Below are positions 1-10,524 of a stretch of 64,000 nt of DNA, one piece after another; within the stretch, counting starts at the first letter, position 1, and each line of letters starts with the position of its first letter. The DNA is taken from assembly GCA_963665775.2 (NCBI GenBank), contig CAXXTF010000002.1, positions 960,001 to 1,024,000 on the forward strand, read 5' to 3'. This DNA comes from Dehalococcoidia bacterium. Its GTDB lineage: Bacteria; Chloroflexota; Dehalococcoidia; SM23-28-2; RBG-16-64-32. The translations under genes were made by a program, and so were the position numbers. The notes under the pieces are model-generated. The model did not search any database and was not told the DNA's origin. It saw nothing but the letters and a program-made list of their open reading frames with translations.

Positions 1-389
1 TGCCAACCCTCCTCAGGTAGCCCAGTGAACAGCATCAGATTCAGGGGATACTCCTCGCTTTCGACAACGCGACGGAAATCGTCTCGCAACAAGAACGTGG
101 GTTTCCCTAGCACGATCGCCATGCCCAACTCCACCATCACGCCCTCATCGGGAGGAACGCCGTTGACTACCGCGAAGATAGCATCCGACTCCACCACGTC
201 GCGGAAATCCCTTTGGCCGATCCGATACGCCCACCCAGCCTCCAAGAAATCCACCTGGTTGTTCCGAGCGAACGGCTCCCAGACTTCCAACCCAAGCTCC
301 TCCAGCGCCGCCACTATCGGTGGCAGAAGCATCATCCTCTGCTGGGCAGAAAACCCGTAAGGATTGGCCAGGTAGATGGTCTTTGTCAT
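1..389 (-). CDS. Nucleoside 2-deoxyribosyltransferase family protein (3' end outside window)
   Basis: Manual translation from ATG at 389: MTKTIYLANPYGFS...SDAIFAVVNGVPPDEGVMVELGMAIVLGKP, carrying the IYLAxP and DxGxxxElG motifs. Confidence 0.8.
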   Translation of the reverse strand, partial: MTKTIYLANPYGFSAQQRMMLLPPIVAALEELGLEVWEPFARNNQVDFLEAGWAYRIGQRDFRDVVESDAIFAVVNGVPPDEGVMVELGMAIVLGKPTFLLRDDFRRVVESEEYPLNLMLFTGLPEEGW

Positions 390-504
390 CTTTACGCATC
401 CCTTCTGGTTACCTCCGACGGCCGGTCAACCTACTCGCCCCGAATCCGCGAAGGCTAACACGGCATCCCTGAGTACGACGTAAGACTGCTGGCCCCGTCC
501 GTAG

Positions 505-1330
505 TGTAACCCGTCAGGGAAAATGGGACACATTGGAGGGGTGGAAGACCCGAGAGTTTTGAGGTGGAGTGAGCTCCTGAAGTGGGGGTAGAGTACCCAA
601 GGAAAGGAGCAGCCGGTGTCCCAGTCACAAGTAGGCAAAGCAGAGGCCGCCGAGGAGCGGACCGAGGAGACCAGGTCCTTCGTCAGACGAGTCAGAGCAG
701 CCAGCCGGCGTAAGTACACCCCCGAGGAGAAGATCCGCATCGTCCCGGAGGGCTTCCGCCGGGAGGTCACAGTGAATGACCTGTGCCGGCGGGAGGGGAT
801 TAAGCCACACTCCTACTAGGCATGGATCAAGGAGTTCATGGAGGCTGGCAAGGACAGGCTTACCCGTGACAGCGTGCGCGATGCCACCAGCAGGAGATTC
901 AGGCGCTCAAGCGGGCCAATGGCGAGCTAAAGCAACTGGTCGCCGAGCTGTCCCTTGAGGCCTACCGTCTGAAGGGAGCGGACATCCCAATGCCTCAGGA
1001 CGGCGTCGATACCAGCGGATGAGTGCTGCTGAGAAGGCATCGATCCTGGCCCACAAGCTCCAGCAGGACATGACCTCTGACTCTTTCATCGAGGTCGTCC
1101 ACGCTACCTAAGCGTCAAGTACTCAGGGACCTGGGCGTTCCCAAGAGCACCTACTACCGGTGGAGCAGGCGGCTGCGGCTTGATGACCGGCCAGGAGGTA
1201 CCCCAACACCATGGAATCGCCTGAGCCCATCTGAGGAGCAGACGGTCCTGGCTGTAGCACAACGATCGCCTGAGATGAGCTGCCGTCAGTTGGCCGCCTG
1301 GACCACCGACAACAAGGGCTTCTCTGTCAC
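505..1330 (+). mobile_element. IS3-family insertion sequence remnant (left end, orfA with internal stop, orfB fragments)
   Basis: Begins TGTAACCCGTCAGGGAAAATGGGACA; orfA RRKYTPEEKIRIV...LCRREGI..SY*AWIKEF is an HTH_Tnp_1-like sequence broken by TAG; downstream pieces STYYRW and SCRQLAAW; right end approximate. Confidence 0.7.
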
Positions 1331-1633
1331 TCTAACCCTGGTTCAGCAACTCACACCACCTTCACACTCTCGGCTCCTCTTCGCCTTCCAGCTGTCCCTC
1401 CCCAGGCTGATGGTCAAAGCAGATTCGAGAAGGCGGGATTGGAGCTGGAGAAGGGACTCGAGCCCTCGACCCTCCATGAGAGGGTGGGCCGTTTGGGCGG
1501 CCGCGCTTGCGATAGTCCTGCTGTGCAATGCCACCGTATGACTATTGGTTGACTGATGTGTGAAAGGGAGCTTGAACGATCGCGGCCCGAGGGCAGGGCC
1601 TGTTCGTTTTGGCGCCATGGCCTACACCGAGAC

Positions 1634-2384
1634 TCACCTGCGAGCGTCCAGCCCCCTTGCCGCCTCCCCTTTCAGGAGCGCCAAGAGGCCGTTGCCCAAC
1701 CCCTCCATCTCTCGATCATAGGAAGCCGGCACCCAGTCCGCCAGGTCCTCTCGGATACGCCTAGCGGTTTCCGCGTTCTCCTCGACCTCTTCCCATACAA
1801 GCGCCCAGCCCTTGTCCACCGGGAATACGCTCTCCCGTCGCCAGGCATCGCTGGGCCCAGAGCCATCCTTCACCCGGCCGAGCACGTCCTCGATCAGAGA
1901 CCGGTCATACCCCGAGATCTGCCGGACTACCACGGTGGCGATCCCTTCCATGAAGTCGAGCCCGATCGCCCTGCTCTCCTCGACCAGATAGCCGTACATG
2001 GCCTTCACCTCGCCCGCCAGCCGGCGGGCGCGCCCAATATGATGCTCCAGCGCCCCCACTATCCCCTCATGAAGCTGAACGCCGCCCTTCTTGCCGAACG
2101 GAGACCGCTCCTTCTTGCCCCAGACGCCGAGGCGGACGGCGCCGAGACTCATCCGGAGCGTCAGGGGCTTGCCGGGCTCGAGGTTAGGATTCTTCACCAG
2201 GAGGGCGTCGGAGACACCAGGATCGAAGACTATCGCCTCCTCCAACTCGATGAGCGCCCGCTCGAACCAGAGGATACGGTCCCGAAGCAGGAGCTGCCTG
2301 CGGGCTTCGTCGACTAGCTGGGTCAGAAGACGCAGGTTCTCCAGGAGCGACTGGTCCCGGTCTATCACCTTGTCGTAGACGCCT
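1634..2384 (-). pseudogene. 5'-truncated copy A of the ~300-aa element hypothetical protein
   Basis: Clear paralog of 10525..11427 ([24 protein letters not shown]) lacking the N-terminal ~50 aa and joined to the methyltransferase fragment. Confidence 0.8.
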
Positions 2385-3056
2385 CCGCTTCCGGCCCTCC
2401 GGCTCGTAGGCCACGCCGTAGGGTGGGTCCGTCACCATCAGCGTCGCCGTCTCTCCCGCCACGAGCCGCGTCACGTCGCCCCTGTCCACCGAGTCTCCGC
2501 ACATCAGCCGGTGGTCGCCCAGGAGCCAGATGTCTCCCCGCCTGACGCCGGGGTCTGCGGCAGCCTCCTCCCAGGCGGCGTCGAAGTCGAAGGTCTCCGG
2601 TCGCTCTCGCCTCTCACGGGAGTCGAGCGACTTGAGGAGCTTGGCGATCTCGTCCTCCCCGAAGCCGGAAAGGGTTATGTCAACGTCCGGAGTCTCATTG
2701 AGTTCCGCCAGGAGCCGGGCCAGAAGCTCTTGGTCCCAGTCCCCGCTGATTCGGTTCAGGGCCAGGTTGAGGAGCTTAGCCTGCTCAGGCGAGAGGTCAA
2801 CGAAGATGACAGGGACGCTGGCCAAGCCCAGACGCCTTGCCGCCAGCAGTCGTTGGTGGCCGCCGATGACGGCGCGGTCCTCCCGCCGGGCGATGATGGG
2901 GTCAACGAATCCAAATTCTTGGATGCTCCTGGTTAGGGCGTCGAGCTCCTGCTCTGCGATCCGTCGAGGGTTGAAGAGGTCGGGCTTAAGCCGGTCGAGC
3001 TCCACATGTTCGATAGTGAGATGTGTTCTGTTGTCGTCCTCGCCTTCCACCGCCAC
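2385..3056 (-). pseudogene. 3'-truncated ParB-N/DNA methyltransferase, copy A
   Basis: ParB-like NPRRI...IGGHQRL, then GDHRLMCGDS...TDPPYGV; homology to 8844..10127 ends just after DPPY; GTG start with GGAGG RBS. Confidence 0.85.
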
Positions 3057-3089
3057 CCGTCCGCCTCCGCCTTGCTGAATCCGCAACCC

Positions 3090-4913
3090 TTAACCCCCCA
3101 ACTTAGGCACAGTAGTCCTAGAAGGGGAAGATACTTCATAAGGGCTAGCGTTATCGCGCCCTTGAGCCCGAGAAGCTTCATGGAATCGGCGTCGGGCCCT
3201 TCGGATCCACCTACTTAAGCTGGGGAGGTGGGTGGCAAAGACGTCTCGAAGGACGCTCTGTGGCACCAGCCCGGGGAGCCAGTCTGGTGGCTCAGAGCGT
3301 AAACGGCTCTGGGCCATCTCCATTTGTGGGACCTGAATCGGATATAGCTCCAGGACGATCTGCCGCTCGCTGACCTCAACGCGCCGCAGCACAAGTCGAA
3401 TCAGTTCCTTCCTCTCGAAGGGCGTCAGGCAGGCGTACACCTCGCTTAACTTCCCTAGAGCGGACCGTACCGCTTCCGCGGTGACTTGCTCCCTATCTAG
3501 TGATCTCAGGGCTTCCTCAGCCTCCACGATACCGTGTTCCAGATCGCCACGACGTTTGGCCAAATCGCTCAGCTTGTCCATGAGGAAGACCCGACCGCCA
3601 TCCTCTTCCAGGCCAGACCAATCGCCCATCAGCTTGTCGGCATCCGCCTTGACCTCGTCCAGGCTCTTCTGAAGGCCGCGGCGGCGGCGGGCCAACGCGG
3701 GCCTCTGCCGCGCCATCCTCTGGTTTGTCTCTCCCACGAGGCGTTCTAGCAGTCCGTCTGCCGTGGCCAAGTGTTGGATGCGCTACACGACCGCGCCCTC
3801 GATCTCCTCAGCCGCAACGTGCAGCCGGCAGTCCGAATTCCGACAGACATAGTAGAAATAGGTCACGCCTAGACGCCCTGTACCGGATCGACCCTCCATC
3901 GCCGAGTCACAGCGCCCACCGTGCAGAAGCCCCCGGCCCAGGACGTAGGCATGACGAACCGGGCGGGAGCCATTGTGGTTCGTTCATCCGTTGGCGGCCA
4001 TTAGTTGCTGGACCTGCTCGAACTTCTCCACGTCGACGATGGCCGGCCACACGGCGTCCACCAGCCGGTATCCGGCATCCACCTCACCCCTGGCCTTCGC
4101 TTTCTTGTTGATCTCTTTCTTCCCGATGTAGGCGGGGTTCTTGAGCATGTACTGGACCGACGTGATGTTAAACGGCTTGCCCGGATGGTGCTTACCCCGA
4201 CGGGATGTGTACCCCTTCGTCCGATAGCCCCGACTGTTGAGCGCCTTCACTGTCTCAGCGATCGATCCGAGATTCAGGTAGCTATCGGAGCCGAAGTTCA
4301 CCAGCGCTGCCTCCTGATCGTTCGGAACGAGATAGCCCGTGCGATCGGGGTCCAGGTCGTAACCCAGCAAGCGACCGCCATTCCACAACCCACGCTCCGC
4401 CCGGGCCGCGGTGGCGTCACGGGTTCGCTCCGCCGTTTGCTCCCTCTCGAATTCCGCCAGGGCCATCATCATGGTCACGAATAGCCTCCCCTGCGGGGTA
4501 GTGGTGTCGTAGTTCTGCTTGAGGCAAACGAACTCGACGCCATACTCGGTCAGGACTTCGAAGAAGTGGAGGAAGTCCTTCACCGAGCGGCTGATCCGAT
4601 CCAGAGCCGTACAAAGGATGGTGTTGACGCGCCCTGATCTAATATCAGCGAAGAGTCGCTGGAACTCGGGGCTGCGAATGGAGTCCTTCCCTGACACCGC
4701 CTTTAGCTCGTAGAGGCCGCCCTCCACCCATTCCTCGCCGGCCACGGCGGTCTTGTACTCCACGTGCTGCCGCAGTCTTTGCAGCTGGTTCTTTAGGGAG
4801 CCCTCGTCCGTCATCGCCTGACGATCGGTGCTCACCCGAACTACCAGCCCCACGTATCTAGCGAGCTGCGGGTGCGGGCCGTTGCCATTCTTCCTGGGAG
4901 CTTCAACAACCAA
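3090..4913 (-). pseudogene. Large serine recombinase (resolvase, recombinase, Zn-ribbon and coiled-coil regions), interrupted
   Basis: VRVSTDRQ catalytic motif, SGKD..., ALDRISRS, LAEFEREQTAERT; continues past TGA at ~3984 into YFYYVC, past TAG near 3785, then the coiled-coil ORF 3090..3770. Confidence 0.85.
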
Positions 4914-4916
4914 GGG

Positions 4917-5213
4917 TCACTGTTCCTCCACGTGGCCGTTCGATTGGCAGTCCGTAGTAACCGATACGTCGGGCGGTAAGTCAACGCCTGATCCAGCCGC
5001 TTGTCTTTGGCCCTCGAGCAGGCGCTCAATGCCGATTGCGAGGATGGCTACAACTCGCCGAGTCCGATCTTCGGCCCCGCCCTCATCGCTGGCGGCCCGA
5101 TCCAAAACCCTCCGCATTTCAAGGTTCCTATACGCAAACCGATGACGATGTGTCGGATCGGCAACCGACCCGCAACTTGTGTTGGAGCAACGGATGGAAA
5201 AACCTCCGCTCAA
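4917..5213 (-). CDS. Small hypothetical protein upstream of the recombinase
   Basis: ORF abuts the recombinase start on the same strand; true start uncertain. Confidence 0.4.
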   Translation of the reverse strand: MSGGFSIRCSNTSCGSVADPTHRHRFAYRNLEMRRVLDRAASDEGGAEDRTRRVVAILAIGIERLLEGQRQAAGSGVDLPPDVSVTTDCQSNGHVEEQ

Positions 5214-5268
5214 CCTCCGCTTAGACCCCGTAATTATGTAGGAGCCAAATAAGACCTAATTAAGAGGG

Positions 5269-5868
5269 GTGGACTCTTCACCCACTCCTCCAGAAGGCCA
5301 GTCAGATGAGTTCGAGACCTGGGAACTCGAACTAGCCAAACAGGTTATTCGGGACTTCCTGGCCAGCCGTCTTCCGTCCCCCGGATTGGAGTTTGATGAC
5401 CTCCTTCAGGAATGTCTCCTTCACTGGTGGAGACAGCGAAATGCATACAAAGAGACCAGGGGTGCCTCTCCAAAGACCTACATGCGGACAGTCCTCCGGG
5501 CCAAGCTTCTGGACATTGAACGGGCAGCCAAAGCTGGGAAGCGCGGAGGGGGTAGAAGTGACCACTCTTTTGATTCACCCTTCGGCACAAATGAGGAAGG
5601 CTCCACGCTACGAGATGTCATCCCCGATACCAAGCCCCACGGAGACCCCGAGAAGGTGGCTGAGAGATCTGCCCTGCTCCAAAAGATCAACAGCGTCCGC
5701 CGCAAGCTCGACCTCCGCCAGCGACGCCTTCTCGATGGACTAATGGTCGGGAGCAGCATGACGGAACTGAGCCGGCAGCTCGGCGTTCCCCGACCCACGC
5801 TCTACGGCGAGAGAGCGCGTATTCGAAAGACGTTTCGCGATGAGGGACTAGCGGAATTCCTGCGCTGA
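5269..5868 (+). CDS. Sigma-70/ECF-like element-encoded regulator
   Basis: FDDLLQECLLHWW (region 2), SFDSP, C-terminal HTH SMTELSRQLGVPRPTLY. Confidence 0.75.
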   Translation: MDSSPTPPEGQSDEFETWELELAKQVIRDFLASRLPSPGLEFDDLLQECLLHWWRQRNAYKETRGASPKTYMRTVLRAKLLDIERAAKAGKRGGGRSDHSFDSPFGTNEEGSTLRDVIPDTKPHGDPEKVAERSALLQKINSVRRKLDLRQRRLLDGLMVGSSMTELSRQLGVPRPTLYGERARIRKTFRDEGLAEFLR

Positions 5869-5919
5869 TCCCGACATTTTGGTGCTTTTTTTCGTATAGG
5901 AAGCCCAGGAGGAAAAACC

Positions 5920-6219
5920 ATGATCAAGGTCTTGCGATTTGACTTCGAGGAAGCCAACAGCCCGACAGAAGTCGAGGCCGACATCGCCCTCGCAATATTT
6001 GCTGCCGAGTGTCTCTATGGGAGGCCCCGCGTCCGGATGGAAACCTCTTACCTGGTCGACAAGCAGGGTAGATCGTGCGTGGTGGAAGTCAACGGCGAAT
6101 CGGGCGAGGCCGCCGCCCGCGTATTTGCGGGCCTCATCTCAGTTCGGGTCGGGGAGCACGCCTTCCGTATCGAAAGCGTGACTAGCCAGCGGCCCATTGA
6201 AGGAGGTGCCACAAGATGA
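5920..6219 (+). CDS. Hypothetical protein
   Basis: AGGAGG RBS, ATG, overlapping operon junction with the next ORF. Confidence 0.65.
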   Translation: MIKVLRFDFEEANSPTEVEADIALAIFAAECLYGRPRVRMETSYLVDKQGRSCVVEVNGESGEAAARVFAGLISVRVGEHAFRIESVTSQRPIEGGATR

Positions 6220-6440
6220 GCCAGAAGAAGCCGCCCATTGACGTGGACACCCCGCCTCTGCCCGGATTCGAGGCGGAGGTCGCGGCAATGCGCCTGGCAC
6301 AAGCAAGTCGCGAGTCCGAGCAAAGCACCGCCCGACGCCAGCGGAGGCGCGAACAGTCTGGTCGACGGCGAGCCCGGCAAGGTGGGGAGCGATCGCCACA
6401 GCTTCACCCACCGGGAGAGGGTCTCGGAAGTGGACTCTGA
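6216..6440 (+). CDS. Small hypothetical protein
   Basis: AGGAGG RBS and ATGA overlap with the previous gene; its stop overlaps the likely primase start. Confidence 0.5.
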   Translation: MSQKKPPIDVDTPPLPGFEAEVAAMRLAQASRESEQSTARRQRRREQSGRRRARQGGERSPQLHPPGEGLGSGL

Positions 6441-8844
6441 CCTTGTAATCCAGATTGACCCGGTGGTAATGAGCCGCCAGGGCAAGGCCGAAGGGGGCGA
6501 AGTCCGCTTTCTGTGCCCCGCTCATGACGACCATCACCCGTCGGCCAGGTGGAACCGGACGAAGGCCGTCTGGCACTGCGACGCCTGCGGTAAGGGCGGC
6601 GGCGCGCTGGACCTCGCTAGGCGCCTCGGTATCCCGCTACCTGATCGTGGGCCAGCCGGCTTGTCCATGTCCGAACTCGCTGAGGCAAAGGGCCTTTCGG
6701 TCGAATTCCTGAGATCACTTGGCGTCGCGGAGGGAATCTCCGGCTCTGGAAGGATAAAGTGTGTAGACGTGCCCTACCTAGACGCAAGCGGGGAGATCTT
6801 ATCGCTCCGTAAGCGGCTCAACCTTACTACCGAGCCTCGGTTCGCCTGGCGGCGTGGCGACAAGGCCGTTCCCTACGGCCTCTGGCGGCTCAACGAGGCT
6901 CGAGCTGGAGGCCGTCTGATCCTCGTAGAAGGTGAGTCCGACTGCTGGACGCTATGGAATGCCGGCCTGGCCGCGCTCGGCATTCCCGGAGGGAGCACGT
7001 GGAAAGAGGCGTGGAGGGCTTACCTTACCGGCGTCGCCGCGGTGTATCTATGGCACGAGCCCGACCCCGGCGGCGACAGCCTCATCTCCAGAGTAGCCGC
7101 TGACCTTCCCGATGTCCGGGTGATCGAGGCCCGGCCAGAGGCAAAGGACCCCAATGCCATTTGGCTAACGCTGGAGCAAGATCCAGAACGACTTCGCGGT
7201 CATCTCGACCACCTCATGGCCGAGGCCAAGCCCGCATCTGAGATTCGGGCCGAGGCGCTGAGCGACGAAGCCAGAAAGCTCTACTCACATGTGCGCGAAC
7301 TCTTGCAGGCCCCTGATCTCCTCGACAAGATTGGAGAGGCCATCAGTTCAAGTGGCTACGCCGGCAACTTGACGCCCCCGCTGCTGGCCTATATTTCCCT
7401 CACTTCACGCCTCCTGGAGCGGCCGCTCAACCTCGCCTTCATCGCCCCATCGAGCGCAGGCAAGAACCGAGCCGTCGACGCCGCCCTGGAGCTCATGCCC
7501 GACGAGGCTTACCACCTGGAGAAGGCGGGCAGCGCCAGAGCCCTTGTCTATTCTGACGCGGACTTCGCCCATCGGATAGTGGTCGTGTGCGAGGCTGATT
7601 CCATTCCCGACGACGGGCCGGCCGCGTCTGCCGTGCGCTCCATCGCCTCCGATTTCGTCATGTGCTATGACGTCGTAGAGAAAGACCCGAGCACAGGCCA
7701 GTTCAAGACCCGCAGGATCGAGAAGCCCGGCCCCACCGGGCTGATTACAACATCAACAAGGCGGCTGGGGGAGCAGATGGGCACCCGCCTCCTGTCTGTA
7801 TCCGTTGACGACACTCCGGGGCAAACTCGGGCCGTGCTCCTATCTCACGCGGCCAGCGTCAACGGAGCCAAGCCTGCATGCGACCTTTCGTCCCTTATCG
7901 ATCTGCAGCGCTGGCTGCAAATATCCGGCGACCATACGGTCACGATCCCGTTCGCCCGCGCCCTCGCTACTGCCGTGCCTGACCGAATCGTGCGGATGCG
8001 GAGGGACTTCCGCCAGCTCCTTACAGTAATCCAGACCGTCGCGCTGCTGTATCAGATACAGCGACAACGTGACTCCGACAGAAGGATCATCGCCGAGATC
8101 GATGACTACCGTGTGGCCCGCCAGGTTCTGCTCGATACCTTCTCCGCATCGGCTAGCGGCGGACTCTCAAGGCAGGTTCGGGAGACCATCGCCGCCGTAC
8201 ACGAACTCTACGACGGGCAGCACCCCCTCACAATCAAGACGGTCGGCGACAAGCTCGGGCTAGCGAAGGATACGGCCTGGTATCGAGTGAGACGGGCCAT
8301 CTCCCTGGGCCACATAGTCAATCTCGAAACGAAAAAGGGGCAACCGGCAAGGCTCATCCCGGGCGAATCTTTACCGGATGATCATCCGGCTTTGCCTTCG
8401 CCAGCAGAGCTTGAAGCCCTTGTGTACTCCGAGGAGCCGAATTCCCGTTCAACCGTTCAACCGGATGGTGATCAACAGATACATCCCGTATCCGAGGACC
8501 CGGTTGAAAGCGCGGTTGAAACCCCCGTTCAACCGGATATTCAACCGCCCCTCACCCTGGATATAGATATAGAGACCGGAGCTGAGGAGGACGCGGTTGA
8601 ACGGTTGAACGCCATCACGGGACATGTTCCCACAGAAACAGTGCCGGAGCGGCATTACGCGTTCGCGCTGGCCGAGGAGCTGGAATTCCCGGCGCTCCGG
8701 CTTCGCCCCGGAGAATCCGTTGCTGCGGGACGAGCAGCCTGGCAAACGTTTATCGACCGCGCAGACCGAGACCGTCTCAACGAAGCCACCCATGAACTGG
8801 AAGAGAAGTCGAGATCCCCCGTTCAACCTGAGGATAGGATCTGA
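6430..8844 (+). CDS. Primase-ATPase replication protein (Zn finger, Toprim, P-loop/AAA-like, wHTH)
   Basis: CPAHDDHHPS...WHCDACG zinc finger; LVEGESDC and EPDPGG Toprim motifs; APSSAGKN P-loop; RMRRDFRQLL; GTG at 6430 is in frame with ORF 6238..8844. Confidence 0.8.
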   Translation: MDSDLVIQIDPVVMSRQGKAEGGEVRFLCPAHDDHHPSARWNRTKAVWHCDACGKGGGALDLARRLGIPLPDRGPAGLSMSELAEAKGLSVEFLRSLGVAEGISGSGRIKCVDVPYLDASGEILSLRKRLNLTTEPRFAWRRGDKAVPYGLWRLNEARAGGRLILVEGESDCWTLWNAGLAALGIPGGSTWKEAWRAYLTGVAAVYLWHEPDPGGDSLISRVAADLPDVRVIEARPEAKDPNAIWLTLEQDPERLRGHLDHLMAEAKPASEIRAEALSDEARKLYSHVRELLQAPDLLDKIGEAISSSGYAGNLTPPLLAYISLTSRLLERPLNLAFIAPSSAGKNRAVDAALELMPDEAYHLEKAGSARALVYSDADFAHRIVVVCEADSIPDDGPAASAVRSIASDFVMCYDVVEKDPSTGQFKTRRIEKPGPTGLITTSTRRLGEQMGTRLLSVSVDDTPGQTRAVLLSHAASVNGAKPACDLSSLIDLQRWLQISGDHTVTIPFARALATAVPDRIVRMRRDFRQLLTVIQTVALLYQIQRQRDSDRRIIAEIDDYRVARQVLLDTFSASASGGLSRQVRETIAAVHELYDGQHPLTIKTVGDKLGLAKDTAWYRVRRAISLGHIVNLETKKGQPARLIPGESLPDDHPALPSPAELEALVYSEEPNSRSTVQPDGDQQIHPVSEDPVESAVETPVQPDIQPPLTLDIDIETGAEEDAVERLNAITGHVPTETVPERHYAFALAEELEFPALRLRPGESVAAGRAAWQTFIDRADRDRLNEATHELEEKSRSPVQPEDRI
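8446..8611. repeat. Eight TTCAACCG octamers in alternating pairs; putative replication origin
   Basis: Forward at 8448, 8456, 8528, 8540; reverse (CGGTTGAA) at 8501, 8513, 8594, 8602; outer perfect 18-bp inverted repeat; ATATAGATATAG at 8561. Confidence 0.75.
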
Positions 8845-10127
8845 TGGGGAGCAGTTTTCGAATGGAGCTTACAGTCGACTACGTAGGCCTTGATCATCTG
8901 CGTCCCGACCCGTTCAACCCACGGCGCATGTCTGACGCCGAGTTGGATGCGCTTACCCGCAGCATCCAGGAGTTCGGGCTGGTCGATCCCATCATTGCCC
9001 GCCGTGATGACCATGCGGTCATAGGCGGCCACCAGCGCTTGCTTGCAGCCCGCCGCCTGGGGATGGAGTCAGTGCCCGTGGTGTTCCTCGATCTCTCCGC
9101 CGAGCAGGCAAAGCTCCTGAACTTGGCCCTCAACCGTATCGGCGGTGACTGGGACCAGGAGCTGCTGGCCCGCCTCCTGTCCGACCTAAACGATGTTCAA
9201 GACGTCGACCTCACCTTCTTGGGCTTTGCGGAAGACGAAATCAAGAACCTGCTCCGCACCCTCGACAGCCGCGAGAAACGGGACAGACCCGAGACGTTCG
9301 ACCTCGATGCGGCCCTGGAGGCAGCCGGAGCCGACATCGGCGTTGAGCGAGGCGAGGTCTGGCAGCTCGGCGACCATCGCATCATGTGCGGCGATGCCAC
9401 TGACGGCGGCGACGCGGAGCGCCTGGTGGGCACACGACAAGCCTCCGTGGCCTTCACAGACCCGCCATACAACGTGGGCTACGGCGATCACGGCGGCCAG
9501 CAGCGGCGCTCCCGCAAACGCCGGATCAAGAACGATACCCTCCCGCCGGAGGAGTGGGAGGCGTTCTGCCGCAGCTGGGCTGGGAACCTTTTGAGTTATG
9601 TCGATGGTGCTATCTACATCTGCATGTCCACGAAGGAGTGGCCTACCGTTTCCCGCATCCTAGATGAACTAGGTGCTCGCTGGTCGGACACCATCATCTG
9701 GGCCAAGGACCGCTTCACTCTCGGTCGGGCCGACTACCAGCGACAGTACGAGCCCGTCTGGTACGGCTGGCGGGAGGGAGGCACCCACCACTGGTGCGGC
9801 GACCGCGACCAGGGCAACGTCTGGACGATCCCCCGCCCATCGGAGTCGGAGTTGCACCCCACGATGAAGCCCTTGGAGTTGGTGGAGAGGGCCATCGAGA
9901 ACAGCAGCCGGCCCGGTGATGTCGTCTTGGACCTGTTCCTCGGTTCGGGCACCACCCTGATCGCCGCCGAGCGGACAGGAAGGGTCTGCTTTGGCCTAGA
10001 ACTGGACCCACACTATTGCCGGATAGCGATCGCCCGCTGGGAGTCCTTCACCGGCATTAAGGCGGAAAAGGCCCCAACTCCGGCGATGGCAAGCAAGCCC
10101 CCTGTTAGCAGAGGTATGGGAAGGTAA
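8844..10127 (+). CDS. ParB-N domain / N6-N4 DNA methyltransferase, copy B (intact)
   Basis: ParB N-terminus, FTDPPYNV, HPTMKP, VLDLFLGSGTT motifs. Confidence 0.9.
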   Translation: MGSSFRMELTVDYVGLDHLRPDPFNPRRMSDAELDALTRSIQEFGLVDPIIARRDDHAVIGGHQRLLAARRLGMESVPVVFLDLSAEQAKLLNLALNRIGGDWDQELLARLLSDLNDVQDVDLTFLGFAEDEIKNLLRTLDSREKRDRPETFDLDAALEAAGADIGVERGEVWQLGDHRIMCGDATDGGDAERLVGTRQASVAFTDPPYNVGYGDHGGQQRRSRKRRIKNDTLPPEEWEAFCRSWAGNLLSYVDGAIYICMSTKEWPTVSRILDELGARWSDTIIWAKDRFTLGRADYQRQYEPVWYGWREGGTHHWCGDRDQGNVWTIPRPSESELHPTMKPLELVERAIENSSRPGDVVLDLFLGSGTTLIAAERTGRVCFGLELDPHYCRIAIARWESFTGIKAEKAPTPAMASKPPVSRGMGR

Positions 10128-10134
10128 GGCATAA

Positions 10135-10518
10135 GTGCAATCGCGCCTCTGCTCGTTCCGCAAGGAGTCCGGTGAGGTATGCGGAGCTCCACCCCTTCTG
10201 GAGGGGGAGTTCTGCTTCTGGCACGAACCAGAACGTGCGCAGGAGGTCGCTGAGGCACGGCGGCTCGGCGGATTGCGCCGGCGCAAGGAGCGCACCGTCG
10301 CCAGCGCCTATGACTTCGAGGGGCTGGAAACGGTCGGCCAGATCCGGAGACTGGTCGAGGTGGCGGCCGTAGACACCCTCTCCCTGGAGAACTCCGTGGC
10401 CCGCTCGCGTTCCCTGGCCTACCTGGCGCAGGTAAGCGTGAACCTGCTGGAGAAGGGCAGCCTGGATGAACGGCTGCGAGCCCTGGAGGACACCGTCCGG
10501 AGGAAGACGAGAGGGTAG
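10135..10518 (+). CDS. Hypothetical protein with N-terminal C-x8-C...FCxxH zinc-binding motif, copy B
   Basis: [11 protein letters not shown]...FCFWHEP; conserved in copy C (23439..23816). Confidence 0.75.
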   Translation: MQSRLCSFRKESGEVCGAPPLLEGEFCFWHEPERAQEVAEARRLGGLRRRKERTVASAYDFEGLETVGQIRRLVEVAAVDTLSLENSVARSRSLAYLAQVSVNLLEKGSLDERLRALEDTVRRKTRG

Positions 10519-10524
10519 GTGATC

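Noticed and set aside
6238-6429. N-terminal extension of the primase ORF
   Set aside because: It overlaps the RBS-led 6216..6440 ORF; the Zn finger begins soon after GTG 6430.
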